Source: Actinomycetes bacterium (lineage in GTDB: Bacteria > Actinomycetota > Acidimicrobiia > Acidimicrobiales > RAAP-2). From it: a DNA stretch of 48,759 bases. This document shows, one piece after another, positions 1-10,713 of the stretch. The DNA is taken from contig JAKAPH010000001.1 in assembly GCA_021807265.1 (NCBI GenBank), positions 1 through 48,759 of the forward strand. The letters run 5' to 3'. Below the pieces are notes generated by a model. That model did no database searches, was not told the origin of the DNA, and saw nothing but the letters and a program-made list of their open reading frames with translations. How positions within the stretch are numbered: position 1 is the stretch's first letter; the number at the start of each line of letters is the position of its first letter. Made by a program: the position numbers and the translations under genes.

Positions 1-362
1 GTGTCCTTGGCGGCCCCGGTCAGGTCGGCGCGCGCGTAGCGCAGCTCCTGGGCGACCAGGGGACAGATGTCCACGCAGTGGGGGTCCATGAAGTTGATCA
101 CGACCGGCCGGCCGCGCAGCGAGGCGAGCGAGATGGTCTGGCCGTGCTGGTCGGTGAGGGTGAAGGCGGGGGCTGGGCGGCTCGGCACGGGCGAGAGCGC
201 CATGAGGTTGGCCTCGTTGGTGGTGATGGCCGCGGGCAGTCCGCTCGCGCGAATCACCGCCGGTGCGGTCGTTCGGCGCGAGAGCACGATGACGGCCGTG
301 CCGGCGACGACGATCGTGACGACGAGGGCGAGGATCAGGGGAAGAGCCAGGCGCTTGGGCAC
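1..362 (-). CDS. SCO1/SenC (thioredoxin-fold) family protein, 3'-truncated by window edge
   Basis: Manual minus-strand translation (not in ORF track): GTG start, N-terminal TM helix, then PAPAFTLTDQHGQTISLASLRGRPVVINFMDPHCVDICP with the SCO CxxxC motif. Confidence 0.8.
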   Translation of the reverse strand, partial: MPKRLALPLILALVVTIVVAGTAVIVLSRRTTAPAVIRASGLPAAITTNEANLMALSPVPSRPAPAFTLTDQHGQTISLASLRGRPVVINFMDPHCVDICPLVAQELRYARADLTGAAKD

Positions 363-396
363 CTTGGCAGCGTACCGCTCGCGGCGTGCTCGTGGA

Positions 397-1503
397 CTAG
401 CGGTCGATACCCGTGGGGAGCCGGTCCTCGGGCCAGGCGAGCAGGGTCACCGCGCTGCGACAGGCGAAGCGGTCGGTCATCCCCGCGACGTAGGCGACGG
501 CCCGCTCGAGGGGCTCGCCGGGCTGCTCGTCGATGAGCTCGGGGTGCGCGGCGTAGTGCTCGACGAGCGCGCGCAGCATGTCGATGACCCGCCCGGCCTG
601 GTCGCGCGAGGCCGCGCGCAGGTAGATCCGCTCGTAGTCAAAGGCGCGGAAGGCCGCGAGCGCCTCGGCGTGGCCCGCGTCCATGCCGATCACGCCGGTC
701 GCGGCGACGGTGGCGATCATGGCGTTGATGAAGGCGCCGAGCTGCTGGCCGCGACGGGTGCCGCAGCGCTCGCCGACGATTGTCGGCAGGTCGTCGACCT
801 CGACGACGCCCGCCGAGACCGCGTCCTCGAAGTCGTGACAGACGTAGGCGATGCGGTCGGCCCAGCTGACGACCTCGCCCTCGGGGGTAGTGGGGGCCGG
901 CCGGCTCCACGAGTGATTGCGGATCCCGTCCAGCGTCTCGGCACAGAGGTTGAGCGGGGCCAGTGAGACGTCCGCGCCCCAGGTCGCGTGGTCGAAACCG
1001 TCGACGAGGTAGGGGTCGAGGGCCTCTTCGCTCGCGTGGCCACCCGGTCCGTGGCCGCAGTCGTGCCCGAGGGCGATCGCCTCGACGAGGGCGACGTTGA
1101 GCCCGAGGGGCCGGGCGATGCCGACGGCCACCTGGGCGACCTCGAGGGCGTGGGTGAGACGGGTTCGCATGTGGTCCTCGGGAAAGACGAAGACCTGGGT
1201 CTTGCCCGCGAGGCGGCGAAAGGCGTTCGAGTGCAGGATGCGGTCGCGGTCGCGCTCGAAGCAGCTGCGATACTCGTCGGGCTCTTCGGGGCGAAGCCGG
1301 TCGCCCGCGCCGAGCGCGAGGGTCGCACCCGGGGCGAGCAGTGCGGCCTGGTCGGCCTCGCGCTGGGCCCACGTGGCGGCCGACGCGCGCTCGAGACGGG
1401 CCGAGGAGTCGCGGTGGGCGAGGGTGAGGTCGTCGGGGCTGCCGGTGTAGCCCTCCATGGTCGAGGCCCACTGGTGGTGACGCGCAGAGGGTGCTTCGGC
1501 CAT
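397..1503 (-). CDS. dgt: HD-domain dGTP triphosphohydrolase-like protein
   Basis: FERDRDRILHS, RRLAGKTQVF, RTRLTHALEV, LGHDCGHGPGGH and YVAGMTDRFA motifs typical of dGTPase-like HD proteins. Confidence 0.85.
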   Translation of the reverse strand: MAEAPSARHHQWASTMEGYTGSPDDLTLAHRDSSARLERASAATWAQREADQAALLAPGATLALGAGDRLRPEEPDEYRSCFERDRDRILHSNAFRRLAGKTQVFVFPEDHMRTRLTHALEVAQVAVGIARPLGLNVALVEAIALGHDCGHGPGGHASEEALDPYLVDGFDHATWGADVSLAPLNLCAETLDGIRNHSWSRPAPTTPEGEVVSWADRIAYVCHDFEDAVSAGVVEVDDLPTIVGERCGTRRGQQLGAFINAMIATVAATGVIGMDAGHAEALAAFRAFDYERIYLRAASRDQAGRVIDMLRALVEHYAAHPELIDEQPGEPLERAVAYVAGMTDRFACRSAVTLLAWPEDRLPTGIDR

Positions 1504-1557
1504 GCCCCATTCTGCCCCAAGCCCGTAACATGGACCCTGAGACGACTGAGGAGCAGT

Positions 1558-1788
1558 ATGGACATCCGCATAGGCATCGTGCAGTCGATGCGCGAACTCG
1601 AGGTCGAGTTGGCCGACGACGCCGACCGCGACCAGATCATGGCCGAGGTCGAGGCCGCCCTGGGCGCCGAGACGGTCCTGTGGCTGACCGACCGCAAGGG
1701 CCGGCGCCTCGGCGTGCCCTCGGCGCGCATCGCCTACGTCGAGTTCGGCACGCCGGTCGACCGGGTGGTCGGCTTCGGCGCCGCCTAA
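1558..1788 (+). CDS. DUF3107 family protein
   Basis: MDIRIGIVQSMRELEVE...LTDRKGRRLGVPSARIAYVEFG...VGFG matches actinobacterial DUF3107; GAGGAG RBS upstream. Confidence 0.85.
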   Translation: MDIRIGIVQSMRELEVELADDADRDQIMAEVEAALGAETVLWLTDRKGRRLGVPSARIAYVEFGTPVDRVVGFGAA

Positions 1789-1790
1789 AC

Positions 1791-2666
1791 GTGCTCGACT
1801 ACCACCTGCACCTCTGGCCCCACGAGGACTCCTCGGTCTGGTACCGACTCGACCAGATCGCCCAGTACTGCGAGCGCGCCGCGAGCGAGGGGGTGACCGA
1901 GTTGGCCCTCACGGAGCACTCGAACCGCTTCGTTGACGTGATGTCGCTCGTCGGGCCGTTCTGGGAGCGCTTCGGCCACGAGGCGACGAGCCCGGTGATG
2001 GCCGACTACATGGCCTTCACCGCGCGCAACTCCCTCGATGACTACGTGACCCTGGCGATGACCGCCAAGGACGAGGGCCTGCCGGTCAAGATCGGCCTCG
2101 AGGTCGACTACTACCGCGACCAGATGGACGTGGTGAGCGACCTGCTCGCCCAGTACCCCTTCGACGTGCTGATCGGCTCGGTCCACTGGCTCGGCAGTTG
2201 GGCCTTTGACGACATCGACAGCCCGATCCCCATGGCCGAGTGGACCGTGCGCGACGTTGACCAGTGTTGGGCCGACTACGCCCTCGCCATCGAGGAACTG
2301 GCGGCATCCAACGCCGTCGACGTGCTCGCGCACCCCGACCTGATCAAGGTGGCCGGCTACTACGCGACCAATCCCGGCGACTACTGGGACGCGATGGCCG
2401 ACGCCGCCGCGGCGGCGGACGTCTCAGTCGAGTGCAGCTCGGCCGGCTGGGTGAAGCCCATCAACGAGCAGTACCCGGCCGAGGGCTTCCTCGACCGGCT
2501 GGTCGCGCGCGGCGTGACCTTCACGACCGCGAGCGACGCGCACCGGCTCGAGCGGGTGGGCGAGCGCACCGGCGACCTCGCGGGCCTGCTCGAGGCCCGC
2601 GGCGTCAGCACCCTCGCCTCTTACACCAAGCGCCAGCGCACGATCGTGCCCCTGCGCAGCCACTGA
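1791..2666 (+). CDS. PHP-domain phosphatase (histidinol-phosphatase HisJ/HisK-like)
   Basis: DYHLH, TEH, GLEVDY, IGSVH, AHPD and SDAH metal-binding motifs; GTG start at 1791. Confidence 0.8.
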   Translation: MLDYHLHLWPHEDSSVWYRLDQIAQYCERAASEGVTELALTEHSNRFVDVMSLVGPFWERFGHEATSPVMADYMAFTARNSLDDYVTLAMTAKDEGLPVKIGLEVDYYRDQMDVVSDLLAQYPFDVLIGSVHWLGSWAFDDIDSPIPMAEWTVRDVDQCWADYALAIEELAASNAVDVLAHPDLIKVAGYYATNPGDYWDAMADAAAAADVSVECSSAGWVKPINEQYPAEGFLDRLVARGVTFTTASDAHRLERVGERTGDLAGLLEARGVSTLASYTKRQRTIVPLRSH

Positions 2667-4141
2667 TGGCCACCCTCGCCGAGCTCGCCGCGACTCACAC
2701 GGCACTCGGCGAGCCGGCGATCGACCATCTCCTGCGCCTCACCACCTCGTGGTCGCTGCTCGCCGACCTCTCGTTTTCGGACCTGCTCTTGATGGTGCCC
2801 TCGGCGGACGTGGCGGATTCGTACATCGTGGTCGGCCAGATGCGCCCGAACAACCGCTCGACGATGCTGAACGAGGACCTCGTCGGCACGGTGCACGGCG
2901 CCGAGGACTGGCCCCGCGTCGCCATCGCCTACGAGGAGGGCGTGCGCGCCGAAGGCGAGACGACCGTCGGGATCGTCGACGAGCCCGTCCAGGTCTGGGC
3001 GATCCCGGTGCGCTTCGCCGACCGCATCATCGCGGTGCTGGTGCGGCTCCAGGGGCCGCTGCGCGGCCCGTCGTCGCTCTACGAGCGCGTCTACCTCTCG
3101 ATCTTCGTGCGCCTGTGCGACATGGTGTCTGACGCCACCTTCCCCTTCCGCGAGGAGGAGGTGGCCGGCCCGGGGATGCCGCGCGTCGGCGACGGGATCA
3201 TCCTGCTCGAGGCCGACGGCCGCGTGCAGTTCGCTACACCCAACGCCACCAACGCCCTGCACCGGCTCGGCATCTACTCCGCAGTCGAGGGCCACACGCT
3301 TCTCGAGCTCGGCCAGCGTGTGCGCGCGGTCGAGCGGGCGCTCAACTTCGCCCTGCCGACGATGGAGGAGATCGACCGCGGCCACGACGTGGCGATCCTC
3401 TTTCACTGCGTGCCGGTGATCGCGGAAGGCCGGGTCACCGGGGCCGTCGTGCTGCTTCGCGACGTGTCGGACCTGCGCCAGCTGAATCGCGTCGTGCTGC
3501 ACAAGGAGGCGGCGGTGCGCGAGGTGCACCACCGCGTGAAGAACAACCTCCAGACGATCTCGTCGCTGCTGCGCCTCCAGGCGCGGCGCAGCGACGAGGC
3601 CGAGACCCGCACGGCGCTGCTCGAAGCCGAGCGGCGGGTGCGCTCCATCGCAGTCGTGCACGAGGTGCTCTCGCGCGAGCCCGGCGAAGATGTGGTCTTT
3701 GACGAGATCGTGCGCTCGCTCGTGGTGCTGGTCGAGGACACCGTGCTCGCCCTGCACCCCGTCGAGATCGTCGTCAACGGCGACCTGGGCGTGCTCTCAA
3801 CGGACGTGGCGACGCCCCTCGCGGTGGCACTGGCCGAACTGCTCACCAACGCCGTCGAGCACGCCTTCACCGAGTTCGGGGGCGAGTCCAACGAGCACGT
3901 GGGCGTCGTGACCCTGAACCTGTATCGCCGGGGCGGTGAGGCCGTCGCGGAGATCCGCGACAACGGCCGGGGACTCGGCGAGAACTTCTCGCTCGATGCG
4001 CCGACCAGTCTGGGCCTGTCGATCGTGCGCGACCTCATCCGAGCCCAACTCCACGGCACGATCACGATGAACTCGATGCCCTACACGAGCGGCGGCGGGA
4101 CCCTGGTGCGGGTCACCCTGCCGCTCACCCCGCGCCGTTAA
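2666..4141 (+). CDS. pdtaS: PdtaS-like cytoplasmic sensor histidine kinase (GAF/PAS + HisKA_2 + HATPase)
   Basis: LLADLSFSDLLL N-terminus, PRVGDG, EVHHRVKNNLQ, NAVEHAF, DNGRG, SLGLSIV; convergent with whiB1 as in mycobacteria. Confidence 0.85.
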   Translation: MATLAELAATHTALGEPAIDHLLRLTTSWSLLADLSFSDLLLMVPSADVADSYIVVGQMRPNNRSTMLNEDLVGTVHGAEDWPRVAIAYEEGVRAEGETTVGIVDEPVQVWAIPVRFADRIIAVLVRLQGPLRGPSSLYERVYLSIFVRLCDMVSDATFPFREEEVAGPGMPRVGDGIILLEADGRVQFATPNATNALHRLGIYSAVEGHTLLELGQRVRAVERALNFALPTMEEIDRGHDVAILFHCVPVIAEGRVTGAVVLLRDVSDLRQLNRVVLHKEAAVREVHHRVKNNLQTISSLLRLQARRSDEAETRTALLEAERRVRSIAVVHEVLSREPGEDVVFDEIVRSLVVLVEDTVLALHPVEIVVNGDLGVLSTDVATPLAVALAELLTNAVEHAFTEFGGESNEHVGVVTLNLYRRGGEAVAEIRDNGRGLGENFSLDAPTSLGLSIVRDLIRAQLHGTITMNSMPYTSGGGTLVRVTLPLTPRR

Positions 4142-4187
4142 GTGCGGCGGTCATCGAGGCGGGTGGGCGACCGACCTGAATCGGGAG

Positions 4188-4212
4188 GGTCGCGGTTCTG
4201 AGCGCCGCGACC
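4188..4212. terminator. possible hairpin between convergent pdtaS and whiB1
   Basis: GGTCGCGG / CCGCGACC 8-bp inverted repeat, no U-tract. Confidence 0.3.
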
Positions 4213-4287
4213 ATGGAAATCGGGCGCACCGCGTCAGGAACGAGCCGCAACTCGGCGCGGCGACGGCTCGCGAAAGGTGCTGCGGTA

Positions 4288-4584
4288 CTAGTGCTGCGAG
4301 GCGCGCCGACGCGCGGCGAGCCACTGCTTGCGCAACTTGCGCCGCTCGTCCTCGGTGGTTCCGCCCCACACGCCCGACTCCTGGTTCGTGGCCAGGGCAA
4401 ACTCGAGGCAGGCCTTCTGGGCGTCGCACTTGTCACAGACGCGCTTGGCTGACTCAATCTGGTCCGTGGCCATGCCGGTCGTTCCGACCGGGAAAAACAG
4501 CTCGGGTTCGGTGTCTCGACACGCGGCGTCTGAACGCCAATCCGCGTCGTCCCACGCGTGGGTACGGTTCCACATCAACGACAT
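4288..4584 (-). CDS. whiB1: WhiB-family Fe-S transcription factor (WhiB1-like)
   Basis: DWRSDAACRDTEPELFFPVG, four Cys, GVWGGTTEDERR; AAGGA RBS. Confidence 0.9.
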   Translation of the reverse strand: MSLMWNRTHAWDDADWRSDAACRDTEPELFFPVGTTGMATDQIESAKRVCDKCDAQKACLEFALATNQESGVWGGTTEDERRKLRKQWLAARRRASQH

Positions 4585-4637
4585 TGCAGGTTCCTTCGCT
4601 ACGGTCGGGTGAAAGGGGGGCACCGGACCGACGGTCA

Positions 4638-4669
4638 ATTTTAGGGTATAAACCCTTGTATTACAAGGG
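4638..4669 (-). promoter_or_regulatory. sigma-A-type promoter of whiB1 with palindrome over the -35
   Basis: Minus strand TTGTAA(4666-4661)-N17-TAAAAT(4643-4638); CCCTTGTA-T-TACAAGGG inverted repeat at 4653-4669. Confidence 0.7.
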
Positions 4670-4741
4670 CTTGAGCCAGAATTACGCGGTAAAAACCTCG
4701 TAAGAACGCGCGACTCGCCGTCGCTCTGGCAGACTTCGCCC

Positions 4742-5452
4742 GTGACCGGCATCTTCGCCCACCGCGGCCTGCACACCTCGGCACGCGAGAACACCCTCGA
4801 AGCCTTCGCGGCGGCCCGCGCCGTAGGCGCCGACGGGGTGGAGCTCGACGCGCGCCGTACGGCACGCGGCGAGCTCGTGGTGCACCACGACCCGCGCGTG
4901 CAGTCCCTGGTCATCGCCGAGCACGCGGCTGGCGACCTCGCGACCTACGTGCCGAGTCTCGCCGCCGCGCTCGCCGCGACGACCGGCCTCGTGGTCAACG
5001 TGGAGGTGAAGAACCTGCTCGAGCCCGACGAGCCGACCTACGACGCGAGCGGTGACTTCGCACGCTCGGTCGTGGCGACGGTCGAGTCGTCCGGTAGAGC
5101 CGGCGACGTGATCTACTCGAGCTTCGACCTCGCGACCTGTTCGGTCCTCGCGGCCGCCTCGACCCGGCCGGTCGGGTGGCTGTTCGAGGCGACCGACGAC
5201 CCCCGCGCCAGCCTCGACGCCGCGGCGCGGGCGGGACTCGCCGCGGTGAACCCCTATTTCGGCCTGGTTGACGCCGAGTTCGTGGCGCAGGCCCACGCAC
5301 GGGGACTGGGCGTCAACGTCTGGACGGTCAACGCGCCCGCGGACCTATCGGCCATGTTCGACCTCGGCGTGGACATCGTCATCACCGACGACCCCGTCAG
5401 GGCAATCGCGCTGCGCGATCGTCCGACGGAGGCCACTTTGCGGATGTCGTAG
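4742..5452 (+). CDS. glycerophosphodiester phosphodiesterase
   Basis: AHRG, ENTLEAF, GVELD, VVHHD, NVEVK, WTVN, IITD motifs. Confidence 0.9.
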   Translation: MTGIFAHRGLHTSARENTLEAFAAARAVGADGVELDARRTARGELVVHHDPRVQSLVIAEHAAGDLATYVPSLAAALAATTGLVVNVEVKNLLEPDEPTYDASGDFARSVVATVESSGRAGDVIYSSFDLATCSVLAAASTRPVGWLFEATDDPRASLDAAARAGLAAVNPYFGLVDAEFVAQAHARGLGVNVWTVNAPADLSAMFDLGVDIVITDDPVRAIALRDRPTEATLRMS

Positions 5453-5462
5453 ATTAAAACCC

Positions 5463-6236
5463 ATGAACGTTGTCGTGTGTGTCAAACAGATTCCCGACCC
5501 CGCCGCGCCGCAGTCCCTGGACGCGTCCTACAACCTGAACCGGTCGGGCAAGCTCATCTTGGACGAGGCCGATACCTACGGGGTCGAGATGGCCCTGCAG
5601 CTGGTCGACAAGGCCGGCGGCGGTGAGGTCACCGTCGTGTCCATGGGATCGGCCGACGACCTCGCGGGGCTGCGCAACGCCCTCGCGATGGGCGCCGCCA
5701 AGGCCGTCATCGTCAGTGACGACTCGCTTCGCGGCACCGACGCGCTCGGCACGGCCAAGGTGCTCGCCGCCGCGATCCGCAAAGTGAACCCGGACCTGGT
5801 GCTGGCCGCGACCGAGTCCTCGGACGGCTACACCGGCACGACGCCGGTCCAGCTGGCCGAACTGCTCGGCATGCCCTCGATCACCTTCGCGAAGTCGGTC
5901 ACCGTCAACGGCGACACACTCGCCGTCGAGCGCCAGACCGAGGCCGGTTACGACGAAGTAACCGCGCCGCTACCCGCCGTCGTGACCGTCACGGCCGGCG
6001 TCGTCGAGCCGCGCTACGCCTCCTTCAAGGGCATCATGGCCGCCAAGTCCAAGCCGGTCGAGATCCTGAGCGTGGCCGACCTCGGCCTCGCCGACCAGGT
6101 CGGCCCCGCCGGCGCCCGTCAGGCGATTGTCGACGTCGTCACCGCCGAGGCCCGCCAGGCCGGCGAGAAGTACGTCGACGACGGCGACGGCGCCACCAAG
6201 ATCGTCGCATTCCTCGAGTCCATCAAAGTCCTGTAG
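5463..6236 (+). CDS. etfB: electron transfer flavoprotein beta subunit
   Basis: [34 protein letters not shown]. Confidence 0.93.
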   Translation: MNVVVCVKQIPDPAAPQSLDASYNLNRSGKLILDEADTYGVEMALQLVDKAGGGEVTVVSMGSADDLAGLRNALAMGAAKAVIVSDDSLRGTDALGTAKVLAAAIRKVNPDLVLAATESSDGYTGTTPVQLAELLGMPSITFAKSVTVNGDTLAVERQTEAGYDEVTAPLPAVVTVTAGVVEPRYASFKGIMAAKSKPVEILSVADLGLADQVGPAGARQAIVDVVTAEARQAGEKYVDDGDGATKIVAFLESIKVL

Positions 6237-6243
6237 GAGCATC

Positions 6244-7206
6244 ATGACACTGAACGCACTCTGGGTCGTCGTCGAGCCCGCCAACGGCTCGCTCACCACG
6301 ACCTCACTGGAACTGCTCAGCCACGCGCGCACGCTCGCCTCGAGCGTCGCCGCGGTGACCTGGGGCACCGGTGACCACGCCGCCCAGGCCGGCGAGTACG
6401 GCGCGACCACGCTCTACTCGGTCGGCGACCTCGCCGGTGCGCTGCCCGGCGCCCCGGTCGCGGCCGCGATCGCCGCGCTCGCGGCCAGCGAGTCGCCCGA
6501 CGCCGTCCTCGTGCCCACCAGCTACGACGGCCGCGACATCGCAGCACGGCTCTCCGCGCGCCTCGACCGGCCGGTGCTGACCAACGTGACCGGCCTCGTC
6601 GACGAGGGCGGTCTCGTGACCGAGCACCCGATCTTCGGCGGCACCCAGATCGCCCGGGCGCGCTTCACCGGCGCCGGACCGGGCATCGTGCTCGTTCGCG
6701 CCAAGTCCTTTGCCGCCGAGCCGAGCGGCGGCGCTCCCGCGAGCGTCGTGACGGCCCCGGCGGGCGAGCTGGGCGCCGAGGGCGCCGCGCGCATCACCGC
6801 GACCCACGTCGAGGAGCGCCAAGGACCCAAGCTCGAAGAGGCGCCGGTCGTCGTCTCGGGCGGCCGCGGACTCGGCGAGTCCTCGCGCTACGCGCTCGTC
6901 GAGGAGGCGGCGCGCCTACTCAACGGCGCCGCCGGCGCCAGCCGGGCCATCGTCGACGCCGGGTGGGTGCCCTACTCCCACCAGGTCGGACAGACTGGTA
7001 AGACCGTCAAGCCGACCGTCTACATCGCCTGCGGGATCTCGGGGGCGACCCAGCACATGGTCGGGATGAAGGGTTCTAAGAACATCGTGGCGATCAACAA
7101 GGACCCCGACGCGCCGATCTTCCAGATCGCCGACCTCGGAATCGTCGGTGACGTCAACACGGTGCTGCCGTCCCTGATCGAGGCGTTGAAGTCACGCGCG
7201 TCGTGA
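6244..7206 (+). CDS. etfA: electron transfer flavoprotein alpha subunit
   Basis: [46 protein letters not shown]. Confidence 0.95.
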   Translation: MTLNALWVVVEPANGSLTTTSLELLSHARTLASSVAAVTWGTGDHAAQAGEYGATTLYSVGDLAGALPGAPVAAAIAALAASESPDAVLVPTSYDGRDIAARLSARLDRPVLTNVTGLVDEGGLVTEHPIFGGTQIARARFTGAGPGIVLVRAKSFAAEPSGGAPASVVTAPAGELGAEGAARITATHVEERQGPKLEEAPVVVSGGRGLGESSRYALVEEAARLLNGAAGASRAIVDAGWVPYSHQVGQTGKTVKPTVYIACGISGATQHMVGMKGSKNIVAINKDPDAPIFQIADLGIVGDVNTVLPSLIEALKSRAS

Positions 7207-7267
7207 GTCGGTGCGCCGTCGTGGCACACCGACTCGAACGGATCGCGGCGTCGTAGGCTTCCTAGTC

Positions 7268-8731
7268 GTGCAATCGGATCGCTCCACGCCATCGCCGCGC
7301 CGGCGGTGGATGGTCCTGGTCGTGCTCGGGCTCACGCAGTTGATGGTGGCCCTGGACGCGACCGTGATCAACATCGCCCTGCCGCGCGCCCAGGTGGCCC
7401 TGCACTTCAGCGCGGGCGACCGCCAGTGGGCCGTCACGGCCTACGCCCTCGCCTTCGGATCCCTGCTCTTGCTCGGTGGACGCCTCGGCGACCTCTGGGG
7501 CCGACGGGTCGCGCTGGTCGTCGGCCTGGTCGGCTTCGCCGCGGCGAGCGCGGTGGGCGGGTTCGCATCGAACTTCACCGAGCTGGTCGCCGCCCGCGCC
7601 GTCCAGGGGGTCTTTAGCGCCATCCTCGCTCCGGCCGCGCTCGCGGCACTCACGACAACCTTCACCGACCGCGACGAGCGGGCTCGGGCCTTCACCATCT
7701 ACGGCGCGCTCGCCGGCTCGGGGGCGGCGATCGGGCTCATCCTCGGCGGCGCGCTGACCCAGTGGGCGTCGTGGCGCTGGTGCCTGCTCATCAACGTCGT
7801 GTTTGCCGCCGTGGCGCTCGTGGGGGTGCTAGTGCTCATCGAGAACCGGCCGCGCACCAAGCCGACGAGCCTGGACGTGACCGGCGCGGTGCTCGCGAGC
7901 GCGGGACTGTTCGCCATCGTCTTCGGCCTCGCCCACGCGGTCACCGCGACCTGGGCGAGCACGGTCACGATCGGCAGTCTGGTCGCCGGCGTCGTGCTGC
8001 TCGTCGCCTTTCTCAAGTGGCAACAGCGCAGCGACCATCCCCTCCTCGAGCTGCCGGTGCTCTTCGCGCGCACCCGCGGGGGCTCGATGGTGGCGCTCTT
8101 CATCACGATGATGGGCTTCTTTGGCGTCTCGCTGCTGCTCGCCTACTACCTGCAGAACGAGCTCGGCTACTCGCCGCTGCGCACCGGCATCGCCTTCTTG
8201 CCGATGGTGATCGCGCTCGGGCTCTCGGCGATGCTCGCGAGCGCGCGGATCCTCGCCGTCTCGGGACCGCGGCCGCTGATCCCCGCGGGGATGCTGCTCG
8301 CCGGGCTCTCCATGGTGCTCTTGACCCGCCTGCCGGTGCGGGGCAACTACTTCGGCACGGTCCTGCCGGGCCTGATCCTGCTCGGCCTCGGCCTCGGGCT
8401 GATCTTCGCCCCGGCGACTGCGAGCGCGACGGCGGGCGTCGCGGCGTCACGCGCCGGGGTGGCCTCGGCGATGGTGAACTCGTCCCAGCAGATCGGCGGC
8501 TCGGTCGGCACGGCGCTGCTCAATACCATCGCGGTCACCGTCACGGGCCGGGCCTTCACCCACGCGGCAGAACCGTCGCCCATCGCCCGGGCGGCCTCGT
8601 CGGCGCTGCACGGGTACTCGATCGCGTTCTGGTGGGCGGCGGGGATCTTCTTTGCGGGCTCGCTCTTCACCGCGATCGTGCTGGAGTCGGGCGCGCCCGA
8701 ACTCAGCGCCGACGGCACGGCCGGCGCGTAG
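7268..8731 (+). CDS. MFS drug:H+ antiporter (DHA2, 14 TM)
   Basis: [39 protein letters not shown]; start uncertain (7211-7268). Confidence 0.88.
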   Translation: MQSDRSTPSPRRRWMVLVVLGLTQLMVALDATVINIALPRAQVALHFSAGDRQWAVTAYALAFGSLLLLGGRLGDLWGRRVALVVGLVGFAAASAVGGFASNFTELVAARAVQGVFSAILAPAALAALTTTFTDRDERARAFTIYGALAGSGAAIGLILGGALTQWASWRWCLLINVVFAAVALVGVLVLIENRPRTKPTSLDVTGAVLASAGLFAIVFGLAHAVTATWASTVTIGSLVAGVVLLVAFLKWQQRSDHPLLELPVLFARTRGGSMVALFITMMGFFGVSLLLAYYLQNELGYSPLRTGIAFLPMVIALGLSAMLASARILAVSGPRPLIPAGMLLAGLSMVLLTRLPVRGNYFGTVLPGLILLGLGLGLIFAPATASATAGVAASRAGVASAMVNSSQQIGGSVGTALLNTIAVTVTGRAFTHAAEPSPIARAASSALHGYSIAFWWAAGIFFAGSLFTAIVLESGAPELSADGTAGA

Positions 8732-8733
8732 GG

Positions 8734-9456
8734 TCAACCGAGCGCGTAGGTCACCCGCACGGTGACCGAGACCGACTGGTTCCCCGGCTGCACGGGCAGC
8801 GCCGCGGCCTTCGCGGCGGTCGCGGCGTAGAAACCGGGTTCGATGAAGGGCTGACTGACCTCGTTGTCGACGATGTGGGTGACCGCGCCGAGGGTCGCCG
8901 AGGCGGCCCCGGCCAGCTGGGCCGCGGCGTGCTTCGCATTGGCCATGGCCTTGGCGCGAGCGCGCGCCATCACGGCCGACCGGTTGGTGATCGAGTAGGT
9001 GATGCCCGAGAGCTGGGCGGTGTTGCCGGCCGCGCCGAGCGCGGCCCCGATGAGCCGCCCGGCGCGCGCGACGTGGTGGCTGGTCACGGTGAGCTCGTCG
9101 TAGACCTGGTAGCCCGTGACCTGGCCCTGGGCGTTGGTGACGCTCGACACGTTGAGCCCCGAGGTGGCGAGCCCGGTCCGCGGCTCGCCGGCGGCGAGCA
9201 GGGCCGACTCGACGGCGCGCGTGCGGGTGTTGTTCGCCGCGAGCGCCGCGGCCGTGGAGGCGTTCGTCGTCGAGACCCCGATCGTGAAGGCGACGGTGTC
9301 GGGCACGCCCGAGGCGCTCGCCGAGCCGCTCACCTCGATGGAGCCCGGGGCGTGCGTGCGCCCGACGGCGTAGCCGACGCCCACGAGGGCGGCGATGACG
9401 AGCAGCGTCACGAGCACCGTGGCGATTACGCGGATGACTCGACCAGTGGCGGACAT
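8734..9456 (-). CDS. SIMPL/DUF541 domain protein
   Basis: N-terminal TM, IEVSGSASASGVPD, ARAKAMANA, VSVTVRVTYAL C-terminus. Confidence 0.8.
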   Translation of the reverse strand: MSATGRVIRVIATVLVTLLVIAALVGVGYAVGRTHAPGSIEVSGSASASGVPDTVAFTIGVSTTNASTAAALAANNTRTRAVESALLAAGEPRTGLATSGLNVSSVTNAQGQVTGYQVYDELTVTSHHVARAGRLIGAALGAAGNTAQLSGITYSITNRSAVMARARAKAMANAKHAAAQLAGAASATLGAVTHIVDNEVSQPFIEPGFYAATAAKAAALPVQPGNQSVSVTVRVTYALG

Positions 9457-9523
9457 CGGACCTCCTTCCATTCCCACCAGGTGCTGTCCGGCCGGGTCCG
9501 TTTCTAACCCGTTGGACGGCGCC

Positions 9524-10231
9524 TCAGATCAGCGGCCAGGGGTAGGGCGGCCAGTCGCGGTCCTCGTCGGGGGTGGGGTAGCGGCTCGACTCGACGAGCG
9601 CGCTCGCGCGGTTGAGCGCGAGGGCGACTTCGTGGGGCGCGAGCCACGGGCGAAGTGGCGCGCCGTCGCCGCGGGCGAAGCGGTCGATGCGCTCGAGCAG
9701 CGGCTCGTCGACCCGCAGCCCGGCGTACTCCCAGACCACGGTGCGCAGCTTGTCCTCCTCGTGAAAGCACAGGCCGTTGTCGATGGCCCAGCACCGAGTC
9801 CCGTCGTAGAGGACGTGGCCGGCCTTGCGGTCGGCGTTGTTCGCCACGACGTCAAAGGCGGCGAGCGTCGCGAACCACTCGTCGAACTCGGGGCGCTCGC
9901 GGAGCGTGAAGTAGTGGTCGTCACTGGCATCCTCGACCCACCACTGCAGCGAACCCGGCCCGAAGGGCGCGTCCTCGCGTGCGACCGTCGTGGGCACGAG
10001 GTCGGTTTCCAGTGCCGCGTCGAGCTCGGAGGCGGCGACCTCGCGGCGCCACAGGCCGTCGGGGAAGTCCCAAAGCGGCCGCTCGCCGGCCTCGGCCTTG
10101 TAGCAGGCGTGGGCCTGCGCGTCGCCGAGGCGCACGGTGACGAGCAGCGCCTGGTTCGAGGAGCCCGCGACGCGGCCCTCGACGGTGATCGCCCCGTGGA
10201 CGAGGAGCTCGCGCTGCTCGGCGCGTTGCAC
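9524..10231 (-). CDS. SCO1664 family protein (PI3/PI4-kinase-like fold)
   Basis: YKAEAGERPLWDFPDG, FDVVANNADRKAGH, IDNGLCFH, KLRTVVW, PWPLI. Confidence 0.88.
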   Translation of the reverse strand: MQRAEQRELLVHGAITVEGRVAGSSNQALLVTVRLGDAQAHACYKAEAGERPLWDFPDGLWRREVAASELDAALETDLVPTTVAREDAPFGPGSLQWWVEDASDDHYFTLRERPEFDEWFATLAAFDVVANNADRKAGHVLYDGTRCWAIDNGLCFHEEDKLRTVVWEYAGLRVDEPLLERIDRFARGDGAPLRPWLAPHEVALALNRASALVESSRYPTPDEDRDWPPYPWPLI

Positions 10232-10233
10232 GG

Positions 10234-10713
10234 CTAGACGATCGGCGCGCGGTGCCCGTTGGTGCGCGGGCAGTCGTGGCCTCGCGGGTCGAGGGGGCCG
10301 CCACAGAGCGGGCACGGCGGCCGTCCCGCCTCGACGAGCCGGGTGACGGCGATGGCGAGGGCCCCCGCCCACTCCTTGGTGAGGGTCAGCTCGAGGGTGT
10401 CCTCGCCTTCGCGCGACTCGACCGAGACGCCGATGGTGTCGGTGTCCTCGTCGACCGCGACGGTGATGTCGCCGGCCTCGAAGTCCGACTCGAACTCGTC
10501 CTCGAGGGACAGGTCGTCAGGCAGGTGGCCCGGCCGGCCCAGGGTGTGCAGCACCTGGGCGATCCACTCGGCGAGCGCGGCGAGCTGCTGCTTTTCGCAC
10601 TTGACCACGATGAGTCGCCGGCCCTGACGGGCCTGGAGCAGGAACCGGCGCTGGCCGACCTCGCCGTGGGCGCCGACCATGATCCGGTCGGGGGCGTCAA
10701 AGACGTAGATCAT
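10234..10713 (-). CDS. DUF3090 family protein
   Basis: GEVGQRRFLLQA, EKQQLAALA, AGRPPCPLCGGPLDPRGHDCPRTNGH. Confidence 0.88.
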   Translation of the reverse strand: MIYVFDAPDRIMVGAHGEVGQRRFLLQARQGRRLIVVKCEKQQLAALAEWIAQVLHTLGRPGHLPDDLSLEDEFESDFEAGDITVAVDEDTDTIGVSVESREGEDTLELTLTKEWAGALAIAVTRLVEAGRPPCPLCGGPLDPRGHDCPRTNGHRAPIV

